Shown piece by piece: positions 1 to 12,935 of a DNA stretch of 64,000 nucleotides. Origin of the DNA: Dictyostelium discoideum (Eukaryota); assembly GCA_000004695.1 (NCBI GenBank), contig CM000151.3:6976001-7040000 (forward strand), in the 5' to 3' direction. Every line of letters begins with the position of its first letter. Within the stretch, counting starts at the first letter, position 1. The notes under the pieces are model-generated. The model searched no databases. It was given only the letters and a program-made list of their open reading frames with translations, and was not told the DNA's origin. Made by a program: the position numbers and the translations under genes.

Positions 1-92
1 AACCAATTTTAACAACTATTTTAAAACAAGGTTTTAAGTTTAGCAATTCACAATCAAATCAAATTATTAGATCATATTCAAAAGGTTTACTA

Positions 93-1247
93 TTGGGTCA
101 AAATGGTTTCGATTTTAATAATAGAAATAAACAAATTATTTCGTTTTCATCATTAAATAATTGTAAAAATATTAAAGGTTTATCATTTTTTAGAATAACA
201 AGACAATTTTCATCATCAAATACACCAACCAAAAATAATAATAATAATAATAATAATAATGATAACGATAATAATAATGACAATAATAATAATGAAAATA
301 AAAACGAAAATGAGGGTGAGGGTGAAAAAGATGAAAATAAACTTGAGGAAGTTGAAATTTCATCAGAGGAAGCTTCATCATTAAGAAATAAAAGAAAAGA
401 TAAACTTGCAGGTATGTTTAATAAACCTAAAGAACCTGTAAAAAAAGAAGAGGAGGCAGCAGCAGCAACAGCAGCATCAGAACAAGAAGAAGTTCAACAA
501 GAAGAAAAAGAGTCATCAAATACTGAGGAAAATCAAGTTAAAGAGGAGCAAGCTAAAAGTAATGATGTCATTATTGAACCACAAGTTTTTACAGATGGTA
601 AAGGTGAAAAGGTTGTTATTGAAGGTGATCTTTCAACCTTTTACATCTACACTATTTTCTCTGCATTATTTGTTGGTACCATTGGTATTGCAATTGCAAA
701 ATTAATTTCAGATTGGAGAAATAGTGCAACTGGTGTACTTGGTATTCAACAATTTGATTTCGTTTTATTGATTCAAGATATTTATTTTGGTGATTTAAAA
801 CCTGCAATGGAAGTTGGTAATAAAGAATTCAATGAAAAAACTAAAAAGAATTACTTTTTTGATGAAGCTAATGTATGTAATAATAATAAATAATAATATA
901 GATAATAATGATGATTTTATTTTTATTTTATAAAGATATTAGTTTTTTTATTACATTTTTTATTAATAATAAAAATTTAAATTTTATAGATTAAACATGC
1001 AACACTTGGTGATACAATTACATTAATTATTCCAATTTTACAAAAGAAAACAAATGCAAGATTAGGACATGTAAATGTTGATTTTTGCAAAGAAGGTAAT
1101 GAAATGACCATTCAAAATTTCTATATCAATGCAATCAATGGTTATGTTTATGACCTTCCAGCACCAAAACATAAGATTGACACAACAAAAGAAAGATACA
1201 GTGGTAAATATTCATTAGAAGAATTATTGGCTGATCCAACACTTTAA
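93..1247 (+). CDS. Hypothetical single-pass membrane protein with an N-rich, presequence-like N-terminus (possibly mitochondrial). Two exons: 93..872 and 990..1247.
   Basis: ORF 93..893 runs into a GTATGT donor at 873. A 117-nt AT-rich intron ends at the TAG acceptor at 987-989. Exon 2 is open in phase 0 to TAA at 1245-1247 and encodes IKHATLGDTITLIIPILQKK...LADPTL. One hydrophobic segment: FYIYTIFSALFVGTIGIAIAKLI. Confidence 0.5.
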
Positions 1248-1541
1248 AATTATAATAATAAAGAAATAAAAAAATAAAAAAATAAAAAAAAAATAAAAAA
1301 ATAAAAAAATAAAAAAATAAAAAAATAAAAAAAAAGAGATAAATAAAATGAAAAAAGAAATAAATAAAATAAAAAAATAAAAAATTAAAAAAAAAAAAAA
1401 AAGCAACTATATTTTATTTTACAAACTATTTTATGATGAGTTTAAATTAATATATATATAAAGTATATTTATTTATTTTATAATTAAATTTTTTTTTTTT
1501 TTTTATATTAAACTTTTATTATTACATTAAGATTTATTTAT

Positions 1542-2818
1542 TTATTTATTTACATTATTTTTATTAAAATTTTCAATTTTCTTTTGTTCTTGTAAAGTTT
1601 TCTTTAATCTTTCTGTACTATTATATTTATTAATGAATGGTTTTAATTCATCTTTGATTGGTACTTCAATAGTTTCACCATGTTTTAAAGAATTTGGTAA
1701 AACATATGGACCATAAGCAACACGAATTAAACGTAAAACTTTAACATTGAAATATTCTAATAATGTTCTAATCTCTCTTTTCTTACCTTCTTGCAATGTT
1801 ATACGTAACCATGTGTTTGAATCGGTTTCACTCTCGACTTGAACACTCACTGGTCTATAGAAAACTTCATTTATAACCATACCTTTTGCAAGACTAAATT
1901 TCATTTCATCTGTAAATTTACCAAATATTCTTACCTTGTAAACACGGAAAAATAAATTCTGTGGTAATGTTAAATATCTTGCCAATTCACCATCATTTGT
2001 AAATAAAATCAATCCCTCTGTATAATAATCTAATCTACCAACTGATATCAAATGATCAATTCCTATAACTTTTCTAATAATTGGTAATAAACAATCTCTA
2101 CCATCTGGATCATATTCTGATGTCAAAACTTGTGGATTCTTAAAATGCATCCAAATTTTTGGTTTATCTACTTTAATCTTTTTTGAAAATTTTAATTAAT
2201 ATTAATATATTAATTAAAAATAAATAGAATAAAATATGAAAAACTTACTGGTTTATCATCAACTGTAATTATATCATGTGGTTTAACTAATATTTCTTCC
2301 ATTTTAATTATTTTACCATTAACTTTAACTCTACCATCTATAATTAATTCTTCAGCTTTTCTTCTTGAAGCAATACCTGCTCTTGCTAAAATCTTTTGAA
2401 TTCTTTCAGTACCGATTTTACCATCTTCTACAAAACCTTCACCTTTTTTAATAAAATCATTTTCTTTAATTTTTTCTGCATCTTTACTCCAAAAACTTAT
2501 TTCTGGATAACCATCTTTTTTCATATCTTTTTCATTTAATTCACCTTGTTTTTTTGCTAATTTTTGTTCTCTAAATTTGTCACGTCTAAGTTTCTTTAAA
2601 TATGACCCAATTTTATCTAATCTTGGTATCTTTTTTGATGTTGAATAATTTAATAATGATGATTGTATTAATGATGATGGTGTTGTTTGATTTATAAATA
2701 AAGATGAAAATGATTGAACATTTTGTTTTAAAATTGTTAATGATAACGATGATGGACCAAGTGGTATATTCGCTTTATATCTTCCTAATATATTAAAACA
2801 ATTATTTAATTTAAACAT
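1542..2818 (-). CDS. Pseudouridine synthase of the RsuA/RluB family (S4 domain plus catalytic VGRLDYYTEGL Asp motif). N-terminal presequence-like region. Two exons: 2249..2818 and 1542..2177.
   Basis: The upstream ORF ends ...ITVDDKP directly before GTAAGT (minus strand). The acceptor is ttttcaaaaaAG at 2179-2178. The downstream exon continues IKVDKPKIWMHFKNP...VGRLDYYTEGLILFTNDGELA in the same phase. The S4-like motif ILARAGIASRRKAEELIIDGRVKVNG sits upstream of the catalytic domain. Confidence 0.8.
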
Positions 2819-2921
2819 TTTTTATAATCAAAAATAAATAAAAAAAATAAAAAAATGAAAAGGATTATAAAAAAAAAAAAAACGAAAAATGACTTTTTCA
2901 TTTAATTTTTTGTCAGCTTTT

Positions 2922-2956
<35 letters not shown>

Positions 2957-3250
2957 TCTTTTCATTTTTTTTATTTTGTGGAAATGTGTTGGGTAGGATT
3001 TTATAAGTTTTAATATCCTTACTTTAATTTGATTTTATTAAGACATTAATTATTTTTTTAAATTCTAAAATATATTTCTTTCAATTAAAAAAAAAAAAAA
3101 ATAAAATAAATAAAAAAAAAAAAAAAAAAAAAATTATTCATTTAATAATTAATACAAAATAAAAAAAAAAATCCCAATTTTTTTGTATAGAAAAAATAGT
3201 TTCCAAACAATGCCCATAAAAGGAAACAAGGATTGTTAATTTTTTTTTTT

Positions 3251-3312
<62 letters not shown>

Positions 3313-3796
3313 TTTATTTTAAAGAAAATTTTCTTTTCACCTTTTTTTTTTTTTTTTTTTTTTTACTTTTTTCAAAAATAATAATATTTTCTTTTTTTTG
3401 TGTGGGTGTGTTTTATTTATTATTCATATAACCTGATTTATTCATTTTAATAATAATTTTTTTTTTTATTAAAAAAAAAAATAAAAAATAAAAAATAAAA
3501 AAATAAAAAAAATAAAAAACCAAACAAAGCAAAACACCTCTAACATTAAAAATTTTACACACAAAAAAAATAAAAAAAATAAAATAAAATAAAGGAGATA
3601 ATTGTAGTAGTAGAAGTAAAAAAAAAAAAAAAAAAACAAACAAAATAAATAAAAAAAACAAAACAAAACAAAATTGTATAATAAAATTTAGAAAAGAACT
3701 CAAACTAAACAAAATAAAGGTTGAAAAATAATAATAATAAAATATAAACAATAATTTTTTTAAAAAAAAAATAAAAATAAAGAAACAAAAATAAAA

Positions 3797-4914
3797 ATGG
3801 AGTCATTTACAGAGAAAATGTTTGATTTTCAAAGAAGAGCAACACAAGCAGTACTTCAAAAGATGGGAGCATCAGAAACAACAATTGATGAACAATTTGA
3901 AAATACTCATACAAATTTTAAAAGATTAGGTGAATTTTTAACACATTTAGAGGAATCAACACAATCATCATTAACTCAAATGGAAAAGATGTGTTTTGCA
4001 AATAATCAATTAGCATCATCTTTATGTAATTTCGTATTATCAGAGTTATCAAATGATGACACTGAATTCTCTACAGGTTTATTATCGAAATTCTTTTTAA
4101 AAACTTCAACCAATCCAAACCTATCTCAAATGGAAAACACTAAAGAGTTTGAATTGAGACAATCAAAATTTCAAGAATCAGTTCAAAGATTATACGATAG
4201 TTTCGGTACAATGGGTCATGAAAATATGGCCTCTACTCAAGATGAAATCAATCATAAAATCGTACGTCCAATTAAAAGAGATCAAGATTATAATAAAGTA
4301 ACTAAACAATTAATAGAAAAAAGAAAAAAATTAAATTTAGATTATGATTCAATTAAAAGATCAAAGTAATTATTAATATATATATATATATATACACATA
4401 TTATATATATTAAATTTAATTTATTTCATTTACTAATTATTATTGTTATGTTTTTTTTTTATTTTTTTTTTATAAAAGTGATAATGAAAAAATTAAATTA
4501 GTTAAAGAAGAATTTGATATATTATCAAAGAAAACAGCATCACATCTTCAAAATAGGTCATATGTAAGATGTAAATTAATAGTTCATAGTGTAATCACTA
4601 TGGTACAACAATTTTGTATGTTTTTCGAATCAAACTCTGTACTTTTAGAAGGATTATTAACATTTATAGAACCACTCATTCAAACTTATCAATTAAATAC
4701 CGAGCAATTAACTGATATCTATACAATTAAAAAAACAACAACCCCCACCACCACCACCACTACTACCTCTTCACCTTCATCTTCTTCACCTAGACAACAA
4801 CCATTTAATGGCAGTAATAACAATGGTAATACTCCAACTGGAAAACCGATACCATCTTCACCACCTCCAACTTATAAAGAGCATTTAGATAATAATAATA
4901 GTAATAATAGTAAT

Positions 4915-4950
<36 letters not shown>

Positions 4951-5107
4951 AACCAACAAAGAAATAATAACAATAATAATAATAATAAAAATAATAATAT
5001 GAATGAAAGTCATCAAAATTTAAATGAAGAATTTACACAAAAGGCATCATTTCAAGGATCACCATCAGATTCAAATAGTAGTACAAGTAGTAATAATTAT
5101 TCACCTC

Positions 5108-5172
<65 letters not shown>

Positions 5173-5576
5173 CCACCACCACCAAAGGAAGAGAAATTAT
5201 TTAGCGTTTGGGATGATGATTTAAATGGTAAATCTAATGATGATAATAATACGGCAAGCAATAGTAATAGTAAGAGTAAAAGCAATGATGATGATGATTG
5301 GATGTATAATAATAATAGTAGCGACAATAAACCAAATTTGAGTAGGTCCGATACAACTTGGGAAGATCCTTTAGTACCAGAAAACAGCTCCTATTCAAAA
5401 CCAGCATATTCTTCATTTAATAATACTCCACAACAACCGCAATACTTTAATACACAACCTCAACAACAACAACAACAACAATTTAATAGACAGCCACATC
5501 AACAACAACAACAACAACAACAACAACAGCAACAACCTTTTAACAGACAGCCATCTCAACCATACCAACCACCTCC

Positions 5577-5619
<43 letters not shown>

Positions 5620-6102
5620 AAAAAATCAAGCGGATTTGAAAATATATTTGGTGATTTTGATTTTACCTCTCCTTCACAACAAAGACAGAACCCACAACCG
5701 CCTCAACAACAAAGTAATTATTTTAATAATGGTATGCCACCACAATCATCAGTTTCTCAACATGTTGATAATCACCAACATGAAAGATCAAATGTTGAAC
5801 CTATAGTATCAGAGAAAATAAAAATGTGGGGTGAAAAGGGTGGTAGAAAGAATAATTTAAGAGTTTTATTATCGACACTTCATGAGGTTTTATGGATAGA
5901 AAGTGGTTGGGAAAAAGTAACCTATGGTTCATTGGTTACTCCAATTCAAGTTAAAAAGGTTTATCGTAAGGCAATCATCGTTGTCCATCCTGATAAAGTT
6001 CATAATGGTACAATGGAACAAAAAATGATTGCTCAAAGAATTTTCGAAACTCTTAGAGACCAATTTGAAGTTTTTAAAGTTGATTTAGAACCATCAAATT
6101 AA
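3797..6102 (+). CDS. Auxilin-type J-domain protein with an N-terminal BAR/arfaptin-like helical domain and a long poly-Q/N linker. Two exons: 3797..4365 and 4479..6102.
   Basis: Donor aa|GTAATT at 4366. The acceptor is (T)n ATAAAAG at 4477-4478, joining in phase 2 (AA+T gives Asn). The C-terminus LRVLLSTLHEVLW...LVTPIQVKKVYRKAIIVVHPDK closely matches the auxilin/GAK J-domain, including the HPD motif. (CAA)n encodes runs of more than 20 Q. Confidence 0.8.
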
Positions 6103-6380
6103 TTAAAAAATAAAAAAAAAAAAATAAAAAAAAAAAAAGAAAAAAAAAAAGAAATAAAAAAGAAATAAAAATAAAAATAAAAAAATAAAATAAAAACAAT
6201 TAAATTAATAAATGAAAAATAAATAAATACTCTAAGGATCTTTTATTTATTTTAATATATTTATTTATTTGGGAAAAAATGATAAAATGGTTGACCCACT
6301 AAAAGAGAAAAAAGATAATTGTTTAATTTATTTTATTTTTATTACAACAGACTAATTAAAGTTTCATTTAATATTTTAAA

Positions 6381-6739
<359 letters not shown>

Positions 6740-6832
6740 TAGATGGTTAACCCAGCAATTCAAAATTTTTAAAAAACAATAAAAAAAACATTTCCAAAAA
6801 AAAAAATACAAGATGATTTTAAAATCATCTTA

Positions 6833-6989
6833 TATTTTTTTTTTAAAATTCAAATATTAAAAATGATTATCTTTGTATTTAAATATAAGAACTAATTATT
6901 AAATTTGTTATGAATTAAAATTATTATTATATAAATAATATTTTTGAAAATAGATGTAAAATCTATAATCAAAACAAATAAACTCAAAG

Positions 6990-7025
<36 letters not shown>

Positions 7026-7470
7026 TATTATTATTTTGATAGTAATTAATTAAATAAAAAAAAAATTAAAATATTTTATATGATATTACTTTTATTTGTT
7101 GTTTTTTTTTTTTCTTTCATATTTTGTTTTTTTTTTAAAAAATTTGAAAATTGCGTTTAAAGTTCATAATGGTACAATGGAACTAAAAATGATTGCTCAA
7201 AGAATTTTCGAAACTCTTAGAGAACAATTTGAAGTTGGTTTAAAATCATCAAATTAATAAAAAATAAAAGAAATAAAAAAATAAAAAAACAAATAAAAAA
7301 GAAATAAAAATAAAAAAATAAAATAAAAACAATTAAATTAATTAATGAAAATAAATAAATACTCTAAGGATCTTTTATTTATTTTAATATATTTATTTAT
7401 TTGGGAAAAAATGATAAAATGGTTGACCCACAAAAAGAGAAAAATGATAATTGTTTAATTTATTATTATT
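6833..7470. repeat. Chimeric segmental duplication of two blocks: a copy of the BiP 3' flank (6833..7170, block B') fused to a copy of the J-domain gene's 3' end and flank (7171..7470, block A').
   Basis: 7171..7260 repeats 5997..6102 (gttcataatggtacaatggaac...caatttgaagtt) with an internal deletion. 7360..7465 repeats 6225..6330 (ctctaaggatcttttatttattttaatatatttatttatttgggaaaaaatgataaaatggttgaccca...). 6840..7170 repeats 7990..8335 (aagaactaattattaaatttgttatga...gaaaatagatgtaaaat...aaaaaatttgaaaattgcgtttaaagttcat). The junction lies at the shared 9-mer aaagttcat. Confidence 0.8.
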
Positions 7471-7476
7471 TTATTT

Positions 7477-7839
7477 TTATTTTGGCACATCGAATTTTTT
7501 TTCAATTTTTTTACCAACTATATTTCCTCCTACACAAGAAGAAATAGCAGCAATGACTGAAGTTTTACTAGCAACTAATAAAGTGCCAGTTGCACCAATT
7601 GATTGAGCAGTTGCAACTATCGCACTACCCGACCCTAATGCTGAAGCGATGGATGCAGCTGCACTACCAGCCGCAATACCACCTGACGTGAAACCTACAT
7701 ACGAAACTAACAATGGTGCACCTCCAAAGCAAACTCCACCAATCACAAGAGTACTAGCGATGACTGGGTGCTCTTTTGAAAATTGAACTACTTTTCCACT
7801 AACTTTTTTTATAAAACCATTATTATTTTCCCCATCCAT
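7477..7839 (-). CDS. IFI6/IFI27 (ISG12)-like small glycine/alanine-rich membrane protein.
   Basis: 120-aa ORF with the pattern GFTSGGIAAGSAAASIASALGSGSAIVATAQSIGATG, typical of the Ifi-6-16 family. GC-rich codons (GGT/GCA) stand out against the AT-rich background. Confidence 0.6.
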   Translation of the reverse strand: MDGENNNGFIKKVSGKVVQFSKEHPVIASTLVIGGVCFGGAPLLVSYVGFTSGGIAAGSAAASIASALGSGSAIVATAQSIGATGTLLVASKTSVIAAISSCVGGNIVGKKIEKKFDVPK

Positions 7840-8335
7840 TTTTAAAAAGAGAATTAAAAGTTGTGATGATTTTGTGAAAAAAATAAAAAAAAAAAAATAA
7901 AAAAATTAAAAATCGCACAAAAATTTTTTATTTTGGTTAATCTTTTTCTCGAAATCAAAATTTTTTAAAAAATAATTTTTTAAAAATTTAATAAAAAAAC
8001 ATTTCAAAATAATTATATTTAAATACAAAGATAAGAACTAATTATTAAATTTGTTATGAGTTATAATTATAATATTTTGATTAGAAAAAGTTTTTTTGAA
8101 AATAGATGTAAAATTATTAACCAAAACAAATAAACTAAAAGAAATTTTTTTTTTTTTTTTTTTTATTGACAATTATTTTATTAGTAAATAAAAAAAATAA
8201 TAATAAATTTATTATATGATATTACATTTATTTGTTGTTTTTTTTTTTTTTGTTTTATATTTTTTTTTTTTATTTTATTTTTTATTTTTTTTTTAAAATC
8301 TATACTTTTTTTTTTAAAAAATTTGAAAATTGCGT

Positions 8336-10396
8336 TTAAAGTTCATCATGGTTTGGCATATCTTCACCAGCGCCATTTGGGGAACCACCAGCAGCACCAT
8401 ATAATTTAGAGAAGATTGGTTGAACGATCTTTTCAAGGATTTTGTATTGTTCATCAAATTCTTCTTTTTCGGCAGAGGAGTTAACATCCAACCAAGAAAG
8501 GGCATCAGAGATAGCGGTTTCAATGGTTTCTTTATCATCTGATTCGATTTTACCACCGATCTTATCTTTATCACCAATGGTGTTTTTAATTTGATAGATG
8601 TAATTTTCCAAGGTATTCTTGGCTTCGACACGTTCTTTGGCAGCTTTATCTTCATCAGCGGCATCGGCAGCTTCTTTGACCATACGATCGATATCGGCTT
8701 GTGAGAGACGTTCCTTATCGTTGGTAATGGTGATGGATTCTTTAGAACCAGAAGCTTTATCTTCAGCTGATACATGTAAAATACCATTGACATCCATTTC
8801 AAAGGTGACTTCAATTTGTGGGACACCTCTTTGAGCTGGTGGGATACCAGAGAGATCAAATTTACCCAAGAGATTGTTATCTTTGGTCATTGAACGTTCA
8901 CCTTCATAGATTTGAATGGAGACACGATCTTGATTATCTTGATAGGTTGAGAAAACTTGTGATTTCTTGGTTGGAACAAATGTACCTCTTGGGATTAAGG
9001 CAGTCATAACTCCACCAACGGTTTCAATACCGAGGGTGAGTGGGGCGATATCTAAGAGTACGAGAGTGTCAGTACCTTCTTCATTGGTGAAAATACCACC
9101 TTGAACGGCAGCACCATAGGCTACAGCCTCATCTGGATGAACACCACGATTTGGTTCTTTACCATTGAAAAAATCTTTTAAGAGTTGTTGAATCTTTGGA
9201 ATACGAGTTGAACCACCAACTAAAACTACTTCGTGGATTTGTGATTTCTTGAATTTGGCATCTTCTAATACCTTCTTTACTGGGTCTAAAGTCTTTTTGA
9301 AGAGATCCATATTGAGTTCTTCAAATTTGGCTCTGGTGAGGGTTTCAATGAGATCTTTACCATCAAAGAAGTTTTCAATCTCTAATTGGGTTTGTGGAGA
9401 GGTTGAGAGAATACGCTTGGCATTTTCAGCAGCTCTTCTTAATTTTTGGAGTGATTTCTTATCTTTTGAGGCATCTTTACCAGTCTTCTTTTGGAAAACG
9501 GTTAAGAAATGTTTCATAACACGTTGATCGAAATCTTCACCACCTAAATGAGTGTCACCATTGGTTGAACGAACTTCAAATACACCATCTTCAATGGATA
9601 AAACTGAAACATCAAATGTACCACCACCTAAATCGTAAACCAAGATATTCTTTTCCTTATCACCAGTGGCATCGAAACCATAGGCTAATGCTGCTGCGGT
9701 TGGTTCATTAATAACACGTAAAACTTCAAGACCTGCAATAACACCTGCATCCTTTGTGGCTGCACGTTGTGCATCATTGAAATAAGCTGGACATGTTACA
9801 ACGGCGTGAGTTACTGTCTTACCAAGGGATGCTTCGGCAATTTCCTTCATTCTACCAAGGATCATTGCTGAGATTTCTTCTGGTGAGTAAGTCTTTTCTT
9901 CACCTTTAACTTTAACTACAACGTATGGTTTATTATTTTTTGAAACAATTTTATATGGTAATAATTTCATATCTCTTTGAACTTCTTCATCATCAAATCT
10001 AAAAAAAAAAAAAATAAATAAAAAAATAATTAGTTATATATTTAAAAAAAAAAAAATAAATAAAAAATAATTAATTAATTACCTTCTACCAATTAAACGT
10101 TTAATATCAAAAATTGTATTTTCTGGGTTGAGAGTTGCTTGATTCTTTGCAGCTTCACCAATGAGACGTTCAGTTTCAGTGAATGCAACATATGATGGAG
10201 TAATACGATTACCTTGATCATTTGGAATAATTTCAACTTTACCTTTCTTGAAGACACCAACACATGAATAGGTAGTACCTAAATCAATACCAATAACACT
10301 TCCATAATCTTTCTTTTCTTCTTCTTTCTTTTCAGCTGCTGCTGCAAAAGAAATTAATAATAATAAACATAATAATGCGTAAATGGATTTATTCAT
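8336..10396 (-). CDS. grp78: ER-lumenal Hsp70 chaperone BiP/GRP78 (signal peptide, C-terminal HDEL). Two exons: 10081..10396 and 8336..9998.
   Basis: Exon 1 encodes [21 protein letters not shown]...[14 protein letters not shown]...LIGR. Donor ag|GTAATT at 10080. Acceptor tttAG at 10000-9999. Exon 2 continues [19 protein letters not shown], carries the full Hsp70 ATPase and substrate-binding domains, and ends [10 protein letters not shown]. Confidence 0.9.
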
Positions 10397-10548
10397 TTTT
10401 TATTTATATATAATGTACAATTTGGAATTTAAAAAAAAAAAAAAAAATGAAAAATGAAAAATGAATTTTTTTTATGGAGTGAACTGAATTTTTTTTTTTT
10501 TTTTTAAATAGTTTTTTTTTTTAAAATAGTTTTTTTTTAATTTTGTTG

Positions 10549-10555
10549 CAGCGTC
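10549..10555. promoter_or_regulatory. CAGCGTC, one mismatch from the yeast UPRE core CAGCGTG, about 150 bp upstream of the BiP start codon.
   Basis: Lies inside a short non-AT-rich island (ttgttgcagcgtcatcactcacttccaacacacc) within an otherwise poly(A/T) promoter region. Speculative. Confidence 0.15.
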
Positions 10556-10810
10556 ATCACTCACTTCCAACACACCAAAAAAAAAACCAAAAAATTTTTT
10601 AAAAAAAAAAAAATTAAAAAATTAAAAAAATCGAGAGTCATATTATTAATTTTACAAGAATAATAAATTATTATTATTCTTTTTCCTTTTTTATTATTCA
10701 GTTTTTTTTTTTTCTTGACTCAAATTGGTTTCCTTTTTTTTTTTAATTATTATCCAGTCAATCTGGATTTTTTATCAAATTTTAAAACCGAAAGTTATGA
10801 CACGGAGTTC

Positions 10811-10871
<61 letters not shown>

Positions 10872-12861
10872 CATATTTTTTTTAAAAAAAAAAAAAAAAA
10901 AATAATAATTTGAACCAGATATATTTATAAATTTGAAATTTCTTAAAATATTTATTTATTTTTCCATTATTATTATTTTAATTTTTTTAACTTTTAATTA
11001 AATAATTTAAATATTTTCTTAAATAATAATTTTATTATTTTTTTTTTTTAAAATAATTAAATAATTTAAATGTTTTAAAAATTTTTTTTTTATTTTTTTA
11101 TTTCTTGTTAAATATTAATTCTTTTGATTTATTAATCAAATAACCACCAAAAACAATTATTTGATATAAATTAATTGATGAAAAATTAATTGGGGAAAAT
11201 TGAAAATAAAAAGGTATAAAAAAAAAAGTCCAATATATATATATATTTCCAAAAAAAAATATATATAAATATGTATATTTTTAAGGAAAAACCAAAATCA
11301 TCCCATTTTAAAAAGCGTTACATATGCCGTTCCTAAATTTCCAGCTTATTTCAATGATATACAAGTTTACCTACTAAAATACAGCTGGTGGTGTATTATT
11401 AAGAGGTCTTCAAGTATTAACAAAGTTAATAATGACCCAACTGCAGCTCTGCATTTATTATTTTATTATATAAGTGGTTTTTGAAATTTAATTATTTAAT
11501 TATTTATTGTTTGAATTTCAAAAGGTTCCAGTCAGTTAAGTCAAGTTAAATTTTTTTTAAAAAAAAAATGTAAAGAAAAAAACCAACTTTTAAAATTAAT
11601 TATAACCATTGATTTAATTCTAAATACGAAACTTTTAAAACTTTTTTTTTTTTTTTTTTTTGATGGAATTTCTTATTCCATAATATCGTATTTTAAAAGT
11701 AGATAAACAAATTTTTTAAAAAAAAAAATAAAAAAATAAAATAAAATAAAATATTGTTATATAATTTTCTAAAAAAATAAAATAAAAAAAAAAAAAAATA
11801 ATAATATTTTAAAATCTCTCTTTTTACTTGTTGAAATCATACTCAAAAAAAAAGAATTTTTTTTTAATGTAAAAATTGTTTAAAATAATGAATTAGCTTT
11901 GCTTGTATATCAACATATCTACTCTACAAATTATAAAAAAAACAGTGGGTGTTTTGTCTGATTAATTTTTTTTTTTATTTTTTTATTTTTTTTTTTTTTA
12001 TTTTTTATTTTTTTTTTAATTAATTTTTAGTTCAATCAAATAAAACTATAAATAATATTTTTTATTTTTATTTTATTGATATTAAATAAAAAATCATAAA
12101 ATCAAATTTTAAAAATAAAAAATAAATAAAATAATTAATTATTAAACTAAAAAAAAACAAAAAAAAAAAAAAAAAAAAAAATATTTATAATTATAAAATG
12201 TTTCTTAGTATGTTTTATTTCTTTACAATTAATTAGAATCAAAAAAATTTTTTATTCATTTTTTTTTTATATTTTTATTAATTAAATATTTAATTATTTT
12301 ATTTAGAATTATTAATTTCATTATCAAATAAAAAGAATTCTTCATTAAATTCAATTTCAAATGAATTTAATAATAACTTAAATTATTCAATTAATAATAT
12401 TTCAAATAAAAATTCAATTACATCCGTTTCATATTTTACAAGACCAAATTTTGTAAATTATTAATTTATTAATTTAATAATTTAATTCTGGAAAAAAAAA
12501 AAAAAAAAAAAAAAAAAAAGAATGAAAATTAAAAAATATTCAAACGTTATTTATTTATTTATTTATTTGTAAAAATAATATAAAAAAAAAAAAATAAAAA
12601 TAAAAATTAATAATAATCTTGTTGTTCAACACTATAAAATAAAAAATTTAAAAACAAAGCAAAAAAATTATGTTTCCCCCCCAGATGTCGACGTATTTTA
12701 TTCTTCTAAATTTAAAATTTATTTTTTAATTTTTTTTTAAAATTTTAAAATTTTTATTCTTTTTTTTATTTTTTTTTAATATAAAGGGTAATAAATTCTT
12801 ACAAATTATTCACATGTGGTATGAATTAAGTGTGTGTATTCATTTATTTTATTGAACAAAC

Positions 12862-12900
<39 letters not shown>

Positions 12901-12935
12901 ATTATAAAAAAATCAAATAATTAATTTATTAATTA

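Noticed and set aside
5024-5619. Poly-N, poly-C and poly-L ORFs on both strands inside the J-domain gene.
   Set aside because: They are alternate-frame artefacts of the (CAA)n poly-Q tracts.
10725-10913. 62-aa ORF containing poly-Phe.
   Set aside because: Translation of a 60-nt T homopolymer in the BiP upstream region.
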